A stretch of 64,000 bases of DNA from an uncultured Verrucomicrobiae bacterium (GCA_963772365.1 CAVYXA010000003.1:704001-768000); one strand, 5' to 3'; positions 16,990 through 27,966 are shown, counted from the stretch's first letter. The notes: generated by a model not told the origin, from the sequence alone. Numbers and translations: made by a program.

Positions 16990-18864
16990 CTACTCAACCG
17001 TCACGCTCTTCGCCAAATTGCGCGGCTTATCGACGTCGCGACCGAGCTCAACCGCGAGATGGTAGGCCAGAAGTTGCAGTGGGATCACACTGAGTACCGG
17101 CATCACGCAATCGGGTGCATCCGGCAGAGTGATGATTTCATTCGCAATCTCTTTCAGCTGTTTTGCTCCATTGCCGCTGGTTAACGCGATGATCGGCCCC
17201 TTCCGCGCTTTGACCTGCTCCATGTTATTCAGGTTTTTTGAGAAAATGGCGTCATCCGGTGCTATGAAGACCGATGGAAGATCCGGACCCACTAGGGCGA
17301 TGATTCCGTGTTTGAGTTCGGCGCTGGGATGACCTTCCGCGAAGAGATACGTAATCTCCTTCATCTTGAGCGCTCCTTCGAGCGCGATCGGGAAATTGAA
17401 TTGGCGACCGAAGAAGAGCATTCCGCTAACATCGACATATTTCCTGGCGATCTCTTTGATTGAATCGCTCAGCCTTAGCACTTCCTCGATTTGCTCCGGC
17501 AATGCTTCGAGGGCACCAATGATCCGGCTTCCTTCGGCTGTGGAAAGGAATCGCATTCGCCCCAGTAGGAGCCCGATCAGAGTGAGGATCACGAGTTGCG
17601 ACGTGAATGATTTTGTCGCCGCCACTCCGATTTCCGGTCCCGCATGCATGTAAACGCCGCCATCGCTTTCGCGCGCGATAGTGCTCGCGACATTGTTGCA
17701 AATTCCCAGCGTGCGATGGCCTTTCCGTCGGCTTTCCCGCAACGCGCCCAAAGTATCGGCAGTTTCGCCGCTCTGACTGATCGCGAACACCAGTGTGTCG
17801 TTGGACATCGGTGTATTTCGATGTCGGAACTCGCTGGCGTACTCGACTTCGGTTGGAACGTTGGCCAGTTGTTCGATCAAATATTCCCCGACTCGTCCCG
17901 CGTGTAGCGCCGTGCCACAGCCGGTCAGAATGATTCGCCCGACATCGCGCAATTCTTGCGGAGTCATGTTCAATCCGCCCAACTTGGCCGTGCACTCTTC
18001 CAGACTCAGACGACCGCGCATGGCATCGCGCACCGAGTGTGGCTGCTCAAAGATTTCCTTGAGCATGTAGTGTGGATAATCGCCCTTCTTGATGTCCTCA
18101 GCCGTGAATTCGACGCGGCTGATATGATGATCGCCAGTGTCACCGGCCAGCGAGCTGATTTCGAATTTGTTACGTTCGATGGCGACCACATCGAAGTCGT
18201 TCAAGTAAACCGCATCACGTGTGTAAGCGACGATGGCGCTTACGTCGCTCGCCAAAAAATGCTCGTCCTTGCCTACTCCTAATACCAACGGGCTGCCTCG
18301 CCGGGCGCCGATGATGAAATCGGGAATGTCAGCGTGCACAAGCGCGATGCCGTACGTTCCGATCACCTGTTTCAGCGCAGTGCGAACCGCGTTTACGAGT
18401 CTGGCCTTCTTTTGATCGACATCCACCGTTGTGGCGCAGGAATCGATATAGAGTTTCCCGATCAGATGGGCGAGGACCTCGGTGTCCGTGTCGGATCGAA
18501 AATTCGTATCGCCTTCTTGAATGAGTTGCTCTTTGAGCGCCTGATAATTTTCGATCACCCCATTGTGAACCAGCGCTAGTCTCCCGCTAGCGTCGAGATG
18601 TGGGTGCGCATTCTCATCCGTAACTTTCCCGTGTGTTGCCCAACGAGTATGGCTGATCCCAGACGATCCCGAGGGCGATTTCCCGGCTACCAATTTGGCT
18701 AATGATGCGATCCGCCCCGCACATTTTTGCGTTTCGATCTCGTGGTGCCCGTTGACGGTCGCCAATCCCGCCGAGTCATACCCGCGATATTCCAGACGGC
18801 GCAACCCATCCAACAAAATGGGTGCCGCCTCCGCGCGCCCGACATAGCCAACGATTCCGCACAT
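16990..18864 (-). CDS. glmS: Glutamine-fructose-6-phosphate transaminase
   Basis: MCGIVGY, LEYRGYDSAG, HTRWATHG, SQSGETAD, PRNLAKSVTVE. Confidence 0.99.
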   Translation of the reverse strand: MCGIVGYVGRAEAAPILLDGLRRLEYRGYDSAGLATVNGHHEIETQKCAGRIASLAKLVAGKSPSGSSGISHTRWATHGKVTDENAHPHLDASGRLALVHNGVIENYQALKEQLIQEGDTNFRSDTDTEVLAHLIGKLYIDSCATTVDVDQKKARLVNAVRTALKQVIGTYGIALVHADIPDFIIGARRGSPLVLGVGKDEHFLASDVSAIVAYTRDAVYLNDFDVVAIERNKFEISSLAGDTGDHHISRVEFTAEDIKKGDYPHYMLKEIFEQPHSVRDAMRGRLSLEECTAKLGGLNMTPQELRDVGRIILTGCGTALHAGRVGEYLIEQLANVPTEVEYASEFRHRNTPMSNDTLVFAISQSGETADTLGALRESRRKGHRTLGICNNVASTIARESDGGVYMHAGPEIGVAATKSFTSQLVILTLIGLLLGRMRFLSTAEGSRIIGALEALPEQIEEVLRLSDSIKEIARKYVDVSGMLFFGRQFNFPIALEGALKMKEITYLFAEGHPSAELKHGIIALVGPDLPSVFIAPDDAIFSKNLNNMEQVKARKGPIIALTSGNGAKQLKEIANEIITLPDAPDCVMPVLSVIPLQLLAYHLAVELGRDVDKPRNLAKSVTVE

Positions 18865-18927
18865 GCGATCGATTCTAATCTCGGCTAACCGGAGCCGCAA
18901 CCAACGTGCCAGACTGCCTCAGCTGGC

Positions 18928-21072
18928 TTATTTCTGTTCTTCTGACGGCGCAGCGGCCTTCGTCTTCTTATTCTGCGCGCCGATACCAAGGCGCTTTAAG
19001 AACGGCTGGATCGATTGCTTGCGCCCGAGAAATTTTTCGATCGACAACGCGACATCGCGCGAATCTCCCTTCTCATAAATCTCGTGGCGGAGACGCAGCC
19101 CAGCCTGGCGGTCCAGATATTTGCCCTTGGCTTTTTCGAAAACGGTTGCCATATCGGCAGCGATCGCATCGGCCCAGGCATAACCGTAATATCCGGCATC
19201 ATATCCATTCAGGTGGCCGAAATAGGTGACGAAAGTTGTAGTCGGATCGATCGGGAGAAAAACTTTCTCCAGAACTGGATTTGAGATGGCAACGCAATCG
19301 TAGGGCGCGCCTTCCGCATGAACATCGTGCAGAGCAAGATCAATATCCGCAAAAGCAAATTGCCGGCGATAAAACACGCCTGCCGTCGCCAGCTTCGCGT
19401 CGTTCATTTTCTTGATGGTCTCGGCCGGAATCTTTTTCGATGGATCGCGATAGTCCGCCGCAAACGTGTCGAGCACCTGCTTGTCCCAGACCCAGTTTTG
19501 CAGCATTTGCGAAGGTGCTTCCACAAAATCGCCAGGAACGTGGGTCCCAGCGAAGCGATTATATTTCGCCCTTGTCGTGATCGAGTTCAGAACGTGCCCG
19601 AACTCATGAAAAAGGGTCTCCACATCGGTATGCGTCATAAGGGACGGTTTGTCGGAGCTGGGCGGCGGAAAATTGCAAAGCAACGCCACCGTGGGGCGCT
19701 GATATTTTCCAGTCGGCAACAGTTTGCCGTTAATGATTTCGAATTCCGCAAAGTGATTGAATTTTCCTTCGCGGGGAAACATGTCGAGGTAGAAAATTCC
19801 CAGCGGCTCGCCCGTGCCGGAATCGGTCACGACGTAAAGCTGGAGATCGTCGATCCATTTAAATGGCGCTTGGACCTGATCAAACTTGAGCCCGAAAATG
19901 TTCTGGTAAATGTCGAACATTCCCTGAAGCACTCTCTGGTACGGGAAAAAGTTGCGCAGTTCTTCCTTGTTCACATTAAACTTTTGTTTGACCAACTGGT
20001 TGTCGTAGTAACGCCAGTCCCACCAATCGATCTTCACGTTTGGATCCTTCGTGTCGGCCGCTTTCATCTTTTGTAACTCGGCAACTTCAGCGGCGAACTT
20101 TGGTTGAATACCTGACACTAAATCGTTGATGTATTTCTTCGCGTTAGCCCCGGTCTTGGCCATTTTGATCTCGGTTTGGTAATCGTCCCACGATTTGTAC
20201 CCGAGCTTGAGCGCAATCTTGTTGCGCAATGCCAGCATTTGATTGAGCACCGGCACATTCGTGTCCTTCGCTAGCGTACTACGGGTAACATTTAGCTTTT
20301 TTCGTGTCGCTTCGCTCTTTGCGTTCTCTTCGACGGTCTGATACTGCCACGTCACGTTCGCCATTACTGTGTAAGCATCATCTCCGGTTTTGACGCCCGG
20401 CGACGCCAGGAAACTCTCCGGCAATCCATCCAGCTCGGCCTTGGTGAATACGATCGGCGCTTTCGCATTGACGATGTTGGTGTCGAAATCAGTTCCGAGC
20501 TTTGCCAGTTGTTTGCGCAGATCTTCCACTTCTTTGCGTTTCTCCGGGGGCAAAGCCAGGCCGGATCGCCGATAATCTCGCAGGGTTTCATCCAGCAATT
20601 TTTTATCTTCGCCGGAAAGCTTCGGATGCGTATCGGCGAAGGCTTTGATTGCCTTGTAAACGTCTTCGCGATAATCGATCCCGACTGCCCAATCCTGGAA
20701 AACCTTGATCGCATTTTCCCCCGCGGCACGCATGACTTCGTTCGGGTTCGCTTCCTTGATAATGGTGGCCTTGTTTGCTTCGTTCGACGCTTCGTAAGTC
20801 AGATCATCAAGAGCCATGACGGTGCTCTTAAAGGACACCTTTTTGAGGTCCTGACTTCCGATTGCATCCAGCGTCTTATTCGCCTTCTCGATCGCGCTCT
20901 TCATCGAAGCTTCGACGGCCTCAGGTTTCTGATCCCAATCCGGGACCGTCAAAACGGCGTTCGCTTTCAATGCAGCAGCACGAAAATCATCGACCGTTTT
21001 TGGTTCTGCGCCGGAAAGATTGGAATTCAGCAGGGCGACGATCGGCAACAGGCAAAGGAGTGAGAATTTCAT
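18928..21072 (-). CDS. M3 family metallopeptidase (thimet oligopeptidase-like), exported
   Basis: Signal peptide, LFHEFGH, DFVEAPSQMLQNW, GYDAGYYGYAW. Confidence 0.95.
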   Translation of the reverse strand: MKFSLLCLLPIVALLNSNLSGAEPKTVDDFRAAALKANAVLTVPDWDQKPEAVEASMKSAIEKANKTLDAIGSQDLKKVSFKSTVMALDDLTYEASNEANKATIIKEANPNEVMRAAGENAIKVFQDWAVGIDYREDVYKAIKAFADTHPKLSGEDKKLLDETLRDYRRSGLALPPEKRKEVEDLRKQLAKLGTDFDTNIVNAKAPIVFTKAELDGLPESFLASPGVKTGDDAYTVMANVTWQYQTVEENAKSEATRKKLNVTRSTLAKDTNVPVLNQMLALRNKIALKLGYKSWDDYQTEIKMAKTGANAKKYINDLVSGIQPKFAAEVAELQKMKAADTKDPNVKIDWWDWRYYDNQLVKQKFNVNKEELRNFFPYQRVLQGMFDIYQNIFGLKFDQVQAPFKWIDDLQLYVVTDSGTGEPLGIFYLDMFPREGKFNHFAEFEIINGKLLPTGKYQRPTVALLCNFPPPSSDKPSLMTHTDVETLFHEFGHVLNSITTRAKYNRFAGTHVPGDFVEAPSQMLQNWVWDKQVLDTFAADYRDPSKKIPAETIKKMNDAKLATAGVFYRRQFAFADIDLALHDVHAEGAPYDCVAISNPVLEKVFLPIDPTTTFVTYFGHLNGYDAGYYGYAWADAIAADMATVFEKAKGKYLDRQAGLRLRHEIYEKGDSRDVALSIEKFLGRKQSIQPFLKRLGIGAQNKKTKAAAPSEEQK

Positions 21073-21136
21073 AAACGTTGGGCAACATTTCTAGAGCGCG
21101 TCGCAAGAAACGCAAGCGCTCTCTGAATTATGCAAG

Positions 21137-22447
21137 TTACCGATACAAATCGTGGCGGGTTAATGGCAACCCTGTATTACCGCTGGAGTCCGGCTTTACC
21201 AGTAACGTCTGGTAAACTGAGATGTAATTACGCTGAAAGCCGTGAGCGGATCCGGCAATGTAAAGACGCCAGACCCGGTAAGTTGGTTCATCGACGAACA
21301 GCAATGCTTCGTTGCAATGAGCTTCCAATCGGCGAAGCCAGTGCCGCAGCGTGCGAGCATAATGCTCTCTTAAGCTTTCCACGTCCCGAACTTCAAACTT
21401 CGCCGATTCCGCCGCGCCTAACATAATTGGCAGAGCCGGAATATCACCATCGGGAAAGACATACGTTCCGATGAAGGAATTCTTTCCAGTCTCCGGACGT
21501 CTCACGGCGCCTTCCCCGATCGCCTGATTGAGAAAAATACCGCCGGGCTTGAGCGCCCGATAGGCAATCGCGAAATAATCTGGAAGCCGTTCGCGGCCGA
21601 CGTGCTCGGCCATTCCCACGCTCGCGATGGCATCGAACTGCGGCCAGCCATTTGTTCCGATCTCGCGGTAATCACGCACATCGACAGTCGCATTGTCTTG
21701 TAATCCTTCGTCTGCAATCCGCGACCGCGCCCATTCTGCTTGCGGCTCGCTCAGTGTGATGCCTTCCGCGCGAACCCCGAAATGCTTGGCAGCATAAATG
21801 ACGAGCGCACCCCAGCCGCATCCGATGTCGAGCAAACGTTGACCGGGCCGAAGCCGCAATTTGCGACAAATGTAATCGAGCTTTTGTTCCTGCGCCGCAT
21901 CGAGATCGTCGTTGGACGATCGGAAATATGCACAGGAATAAACCATGCGGCGGTCCAACCAGAGTCGATAGAAATCGTTCGATAAATCGTAGTGAAACGT
22001 CACCGCGCGCCGATCCCGCTCCGGTGAATGTTTTCGGCCCTTGATGCGCGGCACCAGTTTCCTGGCCGATCGTAAAATGGTCGATCTTCCGTCGGGTCGA
22101 GGCAGGCTCAGCAACAAACCACCCAGCTTCAGCTTTCGTTTCCAATCATCGAAAGGGCTGCGCAGCAAATCGCCGAAATGAAAGGCCGATTCAATGTCTC
22201 CTTCGACATCGAAATCGTCATGCAAATACGCCTCGGCCAAACCAATCTCAGTTCCGGATAACAACATCTGACCGAGCGCTCCGCGATGTTTGAGCACCAG
22301 CCAGGCAGCACGCGGTCGTTCATCCGGCCAGGCCTTCCCATTCCACAGGCGAATGCCAAGGTTCTCCAGGCAAGATCCTGCCAAAACCTCGTTCAGGATC
22401 CGGATTGTTTTCTCCTCGACCGAGTTTTCCGAGGAGATCGTATGCAT
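21137..22447 (-). CDS. cfa: Cyclopropane-fatty-acyl-phospholipid synthase family methyltransferase
   Basis: HYDLSNDFY, MVYSCAYF, LLDIGCGWG, YVFPDG, HYARTL. Confidence 0.92.
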   Translation of the reverse strand: MHTISSENSVEEKTIRILNEVLAGSCLENLGIRLWNGKAWPDERPRAAWLVLKHRGALGQMLLSGTEIGLAEAYLHDDFDVEGDIESAFHFGDLLRSPFDDWKRKLKLGGLLLSLPRPDGRSTILRSARKLVPRIKGRKHSPERDRRAVTFHYDLSNDFYRLWLDRRMVYSCAYFRSSNDDLDAAQEQKLDYICRKLRLRPGQRLLDIGCGWGALVIYAAKHFGVRAEGITLSEPQAEWARSRIADEGLQDNATVDVRDYREIGTNGWPQFDAIASVGMAEHVGRERLPDYFAIAYRALKPGGIFLNQAIGEGAVRRPETGKNSFIGTYVFPDGDIPALPIMLGAAESAKFEVRDVESLREHYARTLRHWLRRLEAHCNEALLFVDEPTYRVWRLYIAGSAHGFQRNYISVYQTLLVKPDSSGNTGLPLTRHDLYR

Positions 22448-22515
22448 GGTTAAGCCAGCGCATCCGCCTTCATCTGCGTGTCAACACGAAATCTCAAGCC
22501 GAAGACATGCGCCAC

Positions 22516-23070
22516 TTAAATCATCCCTAGCTTCATTCGGCCCGCTTCACTGATCATGCTTTGGTTCCAAGGCGGGTCCCAAACGAGCTGGACCTCGGCT
22601 TCATCCACCCCGTCGATCGTAAGAATTTTACTTTGCGCATCGTGTGCAATGGCTGGCCCCATGCCGCATCCCGGCGCAGTTAAAGTCATCTTCACTTCCA
22701 CACGGGTTCCGCCATCGTCCTTCTTCATTAATCGGCAGTCGTAAACCAAACCAAGATCGACAATGTTTACCGGAATTTCCGGATCGAAGCATTGGCGCAG
22801 CTGGTTCCAGACATCTTCCTCGGAGACTTCGCCATTTGTTTTCGCGGCGGCTTTCGCTTCGGGTTTCGCTGCCAGCTTGTCGATCCCGAGTGCGTCGATA
22901 TCCTTTTCAGCCACGCGGGATAGACCGTAGGAAGTCGCGATCGTATAACTTCCACCCAGTGTCTGTGTAATTACGCCTTTCGTTCCGGCGCGAATGGTGA
23001 ATTTCTGCCCGCTAGGGATTAGGATTACCTCGCAATCGCGCTTCAGCTCAAATTCAGTGTTTTCGTACAT
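22516..23070 (-). CDS. sufT: Fe-S cluster assembly protein SufT (long form)
   Basis: ITQTLGGSYT, DPEIPVNIVDLGLVY, MTLTAPGCGMG, VWDPPW. Confidence 0.9.
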   Translation of the reverse strand: MYENTEFELKRDCEVILIPSGQKFTIRAGTKGVITQTLGGSYTIATSYGLSRVAEKDIDALGIDKLAAKPEAKAAAKTNGEVSEEDVWNQLRQCFDPEIPVNIVDLGLVYDCRLMKKDDGGTRVEVKMTLTAPGCGMGPAIAHDAQSKILTIDGVDEAEVQLVWDPPWNQSMISEAGRMKLGMI

Positions 23071-23156
23071 AACAATGCTTCAAATTAAACTTCGCGTCAG
23101 CAACTGCAAGCGGGTGCCAGGATCGACGATCTCTTGTCACTGACTTCCTGGAAGTT

Positions 23157-24092
23157 TTAACTAAACAACTCCTGCCCTTCGTCACCGTCGCCGTCTCGCC
23201 TAGCGAAAATTTCAAGTTCCTGGGCGGGCTCGGTTTCATGAATGCGCCCGTAATCAACGCTCAATCTGCCGCCGCCGTGTTCGGTATAGATTTCAACGAA
23301 GCGTTCGCCGAATCGAACATCGCGCCAGGTATAATCTTTTTGGGTTTGGACAGAAGCAGCGATCACGGGATCGATCCCGACCACCGAAACAAAAAACAAG
23401 ACCCGGCTGGATGCGAGCGACTCCGTTGTTGCCCCGAAGAGCGGACTTCTTTCATCAATAGTATGTCGCAAGGTCAACGCCGCCGGAAAAACGGTGAGCC
23501 GATCGAAATGTAATTTCAGAACGTAGAAATGCCGGAAATCGCCGCCTTCGATCAGCGGTTCGTCGCGCGAAAACATGATTCGAAATTCGGCTTCCACCAT
23601 GCTGTGATGGTTCTCATTCCCGATACGGACCATCAGCGTCGGTTTTCCATTCAACGGGGCGATCACGATGGATTTACTAAACACAACGCGTGCAGTGGGC
23701 CGCGAGAACCGGACAAAAATCAGGCCGGTCATGACGGCGATCAGGAAAAGGCCCGTCATGATCTCGATGGTGCTAACAATGTGACCATAAAGCGTCTGCG
23801 GATACATGTGCCCGTAGCCGACCGTGGCCAGCGTCTGGACACTGAAGAAGAAACAATCGAGAAACCAATGGCTTGTTGTCAGGCCGGAAATGCAATCCCG
23901 CTCGAGGCTATAACCTGACGCGAACAACAGATTCAGCCCGACATACATCGCGCCAGTCAACGCGGCGAACTGCGGCCAGGTCAACGCCAGCAGCCAGCGA
24001 TAAACGTCCCGCCATTTCCAGGCATCGGTATTGACCTTAACGAACTCGACCTGCCCAGATCGGACTGAAACCTCATTACGCGATCGCCTCAT
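23157..24092 (-). CDS. Inward-rectifier K+ channel (KirBac-like); start uncertain, up to 24146
   Basis: FFFSVQTLATVGYG filter, FVRFSRP, HTIDERSPL, FGERFVEI. Confidence 0.9.
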   Translation of the reverse strand: MRRSRNEVSVRSGQVEFVKVNTDAWKWRDVYRWLLALTWPQFAALTGAMYVGLNLLFASGYSLERDCISGLTTSHWFLDCFFFSVQTLATVGYGHMYPQTLYGHIVSTIEIMTGLFLIAVMTGLIFVRFSRPTARVVFSKSIVIAPLNGKPTLMVRIGNENHHSMVEAEFRIMFSRDEPLIEGGDFRHFYVLKLHFDRLTVFPAALTLRHTIDERSPLFGATTESLASSRVLFFVSVVGIDPVIAASVQTQKDYTWRDVRFGERFVEIYTEHGGGRLSVDYGRIHETEPAQELEIFARRDGDGDEGQELFS

Positions 24093-24238
24093 GGTGAATG
24101 CCACAACATACGGCACTGCCGAATTCTCAGCAAAATTGTCTTCCATTGCTACTCGACCGAGCGAGGCGGCAATCAGGCGTCGAACTAAGCTTGATAACCC
24201 CGGGGCTGCCTGGCAGACTCAGATGGCAAGGAGGCACA

Positions 24239-24655
24239 ATGAGAACAAAAAACTTTATTCCGAAAATCATTTGGTCTGCGAGCTGTGCTGCTGTGGTGTT
24301 CGGCTTTTTTTCCCAATCGGTTGCCGGTTCCGGAATGGTTACGTTTCAAGAGAGCAGCGACGCTTCATCGGAAAATGCAAAGCGGTTGATCGGTCATTGG
24401 CGGAAAACGACGATTGTTTTTGAGCGCCCCAAGGACGAACATTTGGTTCTGCATGCCGACGGCACTATGGAGAACTGGGTCGTTACAGCGGAGAGCCGCA
24501 GCGAACCTGTTACCGGCCGCTGGAGCGTAGAAGGCAAGACGTTGATTCTCAAGTTCGGCGATAACGAAAACTCCAATCCGTTCACGTTCTATGAGGGACA
24601 ACTCGTTTTCCCAAATATCTCGAATCGGCGCGGGTTCTGGGAAAAGATCGAATAA
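24239..24655 (+). CDS. Hypothetical exported protein
   Basis: SD AGGAGG, signal-like N-terminus, LIGHW...GRWSVEGKTL. Confidence 0.65.
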   Translation: MRTKNFIPKIIWSASCAAVVFGFFSQSVAGSGMVTFQESSDASSENAKRLIGHWRKTTIVFERPKDEHLVLHADGTMENWVVTAESRSEPVTGRWSVEGKTLILKFGDNENSNPFTFYEGQLVFPNISNRRGFWEKIE

Positions 24656-24695
24656 CGCTATCGCAAGATCTGCTGAGTGCGCTCTCGGGTCATTA

Positions 24696-25065
24696 GTGAC
24701 GTGTCCTTGTCATCGGCCTCGACCCCTATCGAGTGCCCGGCCCGTGGGACCCGAAGCCGGTTGCGGATGCGATCGAGATCGGGATGAAGGCTCTTGCCGA
24801 CCGCGGTTTTCACGCAGAAGCCTGTTTGGTGGGTCTCGACGGCAGGGACGACATCGAATCCCAAGTTACCGTCGCACTGCAAGGACGGTCCTGGGACTGT
24901 GTCATTGTCGGAGGCGGGATCCGGCACCCCGAGGAACAACTCGAGCTTTTTGAATCTATCATCAACTTGATCCGCCGATATGCTCCGCAGGCGGCCATCG
25001 CGTTTAACGACACGCCGCACAAATTAGCGGAGGCCGCAGCCCGAGCCACCGCGCGGCCACGATGA
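24696..25065 (+). CDS. Hypothetical protein (probable indel at the start)
   Basis: The frame reads RVLVIGLDPYRVPGPWDP...WDCVIVGGGIR from 24700; GTG at 24696 is one base out of frame. Confidence 0.6.
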
Positions 25066-25069
25066 CTTT

Positions 25070-25408
25070 ATGGACAGAAGTTACAAAGAAGACATTCCGA
25101 AGGCGAAAAGAGCACTTGAGGAATTAAAGAAGGAGTTCTCACGTGTCGCTTCGACAACAGACTGGACCATGCTGCGCATCGAGCCGTTGCTTGATCACGT
25201 AAAGTTTCTGGAACGATTGATTCGATCGCCGAAGTTTTCTCGGGAGACTACCAGGTTGAGGAGAGGGGTTGTGATGTTTCACTCCGACCTGGCATATCTC
25301 CGAGAAAACATCAAGGCACTGAAGAAGATTCTAGACATTGAACGGAAGGTTTACCAACGTCAGCCGGTTCGGCGGGCGCCGATAATGCTGGCAGGAAAGT
25401 GCGGCTAG
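25070..25408 (+). CDS. Hypothetical protein
   Basis: 112-aa helical, basic ORF tightly packed in a co-directional run. Confidence 0.55.
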   Translation: MDRSYKEDIPKAKRALEELKKEFSRVASTTDWTMLRIEPLLDHVKFLERLIRSPKFSRETTRLRRGVVMFHSDLAYLRENIKALKKILDIERKVYQRQPVRRAPIMLAGKCG

Positions 25409-25423
25409 TGAAGGGAACCAACA

Positions 25424-25693
25424 ATGACTGACCGCGGTTGTACGCACCTCAATTCAGTTGAAGCCGTGAAACAGCCAGAAATCCGCGAGTGTGCCGAGTG
25501 CGTGAAGATCGGCGATAGCTGGGTGCATCTGCGCACATGCCAGCAGTGCGGCGTGACGCTTTGCTGCGACAGCTCCCCAAATCGTCATGCGACGAAACAT
25601 GAGAAGGCGACTGGTCATCCCGTGATTGCGTCGGCCCAACCAGGGGAGCGCTGGCTGTATTGTTATCCCGACGACGCGTTCTGCGAATATTGA
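25424..25693 (+). CDS. UBP-type zinc finger protein
   Basis: CTH...CAEC...WVHLRTCQQCG..LCCDSSPNRHATKH...W.YCYPD. Confidence 0.92.
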   Translation: MTDRGCTHLNSVEAVKQPEIRECAECVKIGDSWVHLRTCQQCGVTLCCDSSPNRHATKHEKATGHPVIASAQPGERWLYCYPDDAFCEY

Positions 25694-25748
25694 AGTCCGT
25701 GGCGTGGGCTTCCAGCCCATGTCCCATCGGCAAGTATACCGACGCCAC

Positions 25749-26993
25749 TCAAAGTTTTGCTGGCTCTTCCAACAATTCGATCACGCGTTTTAGCAATCGC
25801 GCGGCGCCACCGCCGTCGATGCTACGATGATCGAAACTCAATGTGATTTGCGCTTCGGTTTTCGGGACGAATTCATTCTTCGATTCGTCCCAGACCGGAA
25901 CCTTTTTTCCGACGCCCAGACCGAGGAGCAATGTTTGATCGGGCAGGGGAATTGGTGTGCCCCATTCCACTCCGAACGTTCCGAAATTAGAAACCGTGGC
26001 TATGCCGCCGGCTTGCATATCCGGCGAAATGCGGCGCTGTCGTGCATGCTCGACCAGCTCCGAATATTTCGATTGCAGATCGACAAGCGATGTTTTGTCG
26101 GCGGCGCGAATGACCGGCACCATGATTCCATCCTGCGCTTCAACTGCGATGCCGATGTCGGTCGAATCCGATTGGACGACTCGATTGCCAATGAATTTCG
26201 CCGCTGCGCCGGGATTTTCTCCAAGAGCGAGCGCTAGCGCGCGCACCGCATAAAGTCCAGGCCCGGGTTTTGGATCTCGAGACTTCCGGTCTTGCAAAAC
26301 TGGATCGAGATTAACCGAGGAACCGATTGTCGAAAGCGGACGCGTCCAGCTTCGCCTCATTGCATCAGCCACACCTGCACGAAGCGCCGATGCATCCTGC
26401 GCAGTCTGATTGTCGATCTTCTGCAGGAAATTTTCCAGATCGCGGATGGTAACGCGATTGCCTGTACCGGTCCCGCTGATTCCGGCCAGATCGGCATTGG
26501 TTAAGTTCAATCCGGCCATCCGCGCGCGGACGCGTGGCGAAATGAAGGTCGCGCCTTTAGTTGTCGCAGGAACGGGCAGGCCGCCAGCAGACGCGCCCTT
26601 GGAAGGCGCGAATGTTTTGTAGCCTTCGCCGTCGATAGCAAAATGCGGCTTCGACTCGTGCACTTCTTCGTCAGCGCGCGCGGGAATTTCCTCCGCGACT
26701 TCTTTCTGCGGCGGAGGAGGTGTTTGCTTCACGAATCGCGCCGCGTCCGCTTCGCTGGCTTCCACGTAGCCGAGCACCGACCCGATCGGATAAGTCTCCT
26801 TTAGTTGCGCCGTGATTTTATCGATCTTGCCTTTGCACGGGGTCGTGACGCCCATCACAGCTTTCTGCGTCTCCACGTCGATGATTTCCTGATCGGCTGC
26901 GACTTCATCGCCTGGTTTCACCTTGATCTCAACAATCGTCGCTTCGGCAATCGATTCCCCCAGCTGCGGCATGATAATGGGAACTTGTGGCAT
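25749..26993 (-). CDS. 2-oxoacid dehydrogenase E2 (dihydrolipoamide acyltransferase)
   Basis: MPQLGESIAEA lipoyl domain (ETQKA), ISPRVR E3-binding region, SFDHRSIDG. Confidence 0.93.
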   Translation of the reverse strand: MPQVPIIMPQLGESIAEATIVEIKVKPGDEVAADQEIIDVETQKAVMGVTTPCKGKIDKITAQLKETYPIGSVLGYVEASEADAARFVKQTPPPPQKEVAEEIPARADEEVHESKPHFAIDGEGYKTFAPSKGASAGGLPVPATTKGATFISPRVRARMAGLNLTNADLAGISGTGTGNRVTIRDLENFLQKIDNQTAQDASALRAGVADAMRRSWTRPLSTIGSSVNLDPVLQDRKSRDPKPGPGLYAVRALALALGENPGAAAKFIGNRVVQSDSTDIGIAVEAQDGIMVPVIRAADKTSLVDLQSKYSELVEHARQRRISPDMQAGGIATVSNFGTFGVEWGTPIPLPDQTLLLGLGVGKKVPVWDESKNEFVPKTEAQITLSFDHRSIDGGGAARLLKRVIELLEEPAKL

Positions 26994-26997
26994 AAAT

Positions 26998-27966
26998 TTA
27001 TTCTCGGAGCAATTGTCGGGCTTTCGCGACGATATTTTTCGCGTTCGGCCGATGCGCGCTCCACAAGCTTGGATGATAGGGAATTGGCGTATCTTTGGCG
27101 TTGATCCGTTGCGGCGCGGCATCGAGAAGGTGAAATCCTTCCGCAGTTGCGCGGGCCATGATCTCTGCGGTAGCGCCGCCCCAGGGGAATGACTCACCGA
27201 CGCACAGCAATCGCCCAGTGCGCGCGACCGATGCGAGCACGGTATCGGTATCGAGTGGTTTCACGGTGCGAAGATCGACAACTTCAATTTCGAAATTGTC
27301 GCGAGCGAGCTCGTCGGCGGCGATTAAGGATTCCTGCACCATAGCGCTGTAACTCACGATCGTGAGATCGCGACCTTCACGCGCGATCCGGGCTCGACCC
27401 GTGGGCAGACCTTTCTCCGGAAGTTTCTCGGCCTTGAGATGGTAATAGAGATATTTGTGCTCGCAGTACACGACCGGATCGTCGATCGCAACGGCATCGA
27501 TTAACATCGTGTATGCATCCTCCACCGTGGCCGGCGTCATCACGATCAATCCCGGGTAGTGCGCGTAGATCGATTCCATCGATTGACTGTGAAATGGCCC
27601 GCTTCCTTTTGTTCCGCCGCTCGGCAATCGCACGGTGATCGGAATTGGAACATTGGTCCGCCAATAATGTGTCCCGGCGTTATTCAAAATCTGATTCAGA
27701 GCGATGCTGGAGAAGTCGGCGAACTGCATCTCGATGATCGGACGCATTCCTTGTATGGCCGCTCCGATCGCGGTGCCTACCATTGCGTCTTCGCTGATCG
27801 GTGTATTCAGAACGCGCCCGGGAAATTGCTTGGCTAAACCTTTCGTAGCTTTGAATGCACCACCGAAAGTTCCGCCGACGTCCTGGCCATAAATAAAAAC
27901 ACGTGGGTCGTCCCGCAGCAATTTCGCCTGCGCTTCGCGAATGGCTTCGAGATAAGTGATGCTCAT
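26998..27966 (-). CDS. 2-oxoacid dehydrogenase E1 beta
   Basis: GQDVG..FGGAF, NTPISE, EMQFADF, GPFHSQS, VDLRTVKPLD. Confidence 0.95.
   Translation of the reverse strand: MSITYLEAIREAQAKLLRDDPRVFIYGQDVGGTFGGAFKATKGLAKQFPGRVLNTPISEDAMVGTAIGAAIQGMRPIIEMQFADFSSIALNQILNNAGTHYWRTNVPIPITVRLPSGGTKGSGPFHSQSMESIYAHYPGLIVMTPATVEDAYTMLIDAVAIDDPVVYCEHKYLYYHLKAEKLPEKGLPTGRARIAREGRDLTIVSYSAMVQESLIAADELARDNFEIEVVDLRTVKPLDTDTVLASVARTGRLLCVGESFPWGGATAEIMARATAEGFHLLDAAPQRINAKDTPIPYHPSLWSAHRPNAKNIVAKARQLLRE

Noticed and set aside
18865..18927. glmS ribozyme
   Set aside because: Only about 60 nt separate glmS from the upstream gene and no ribozyme core is visible.
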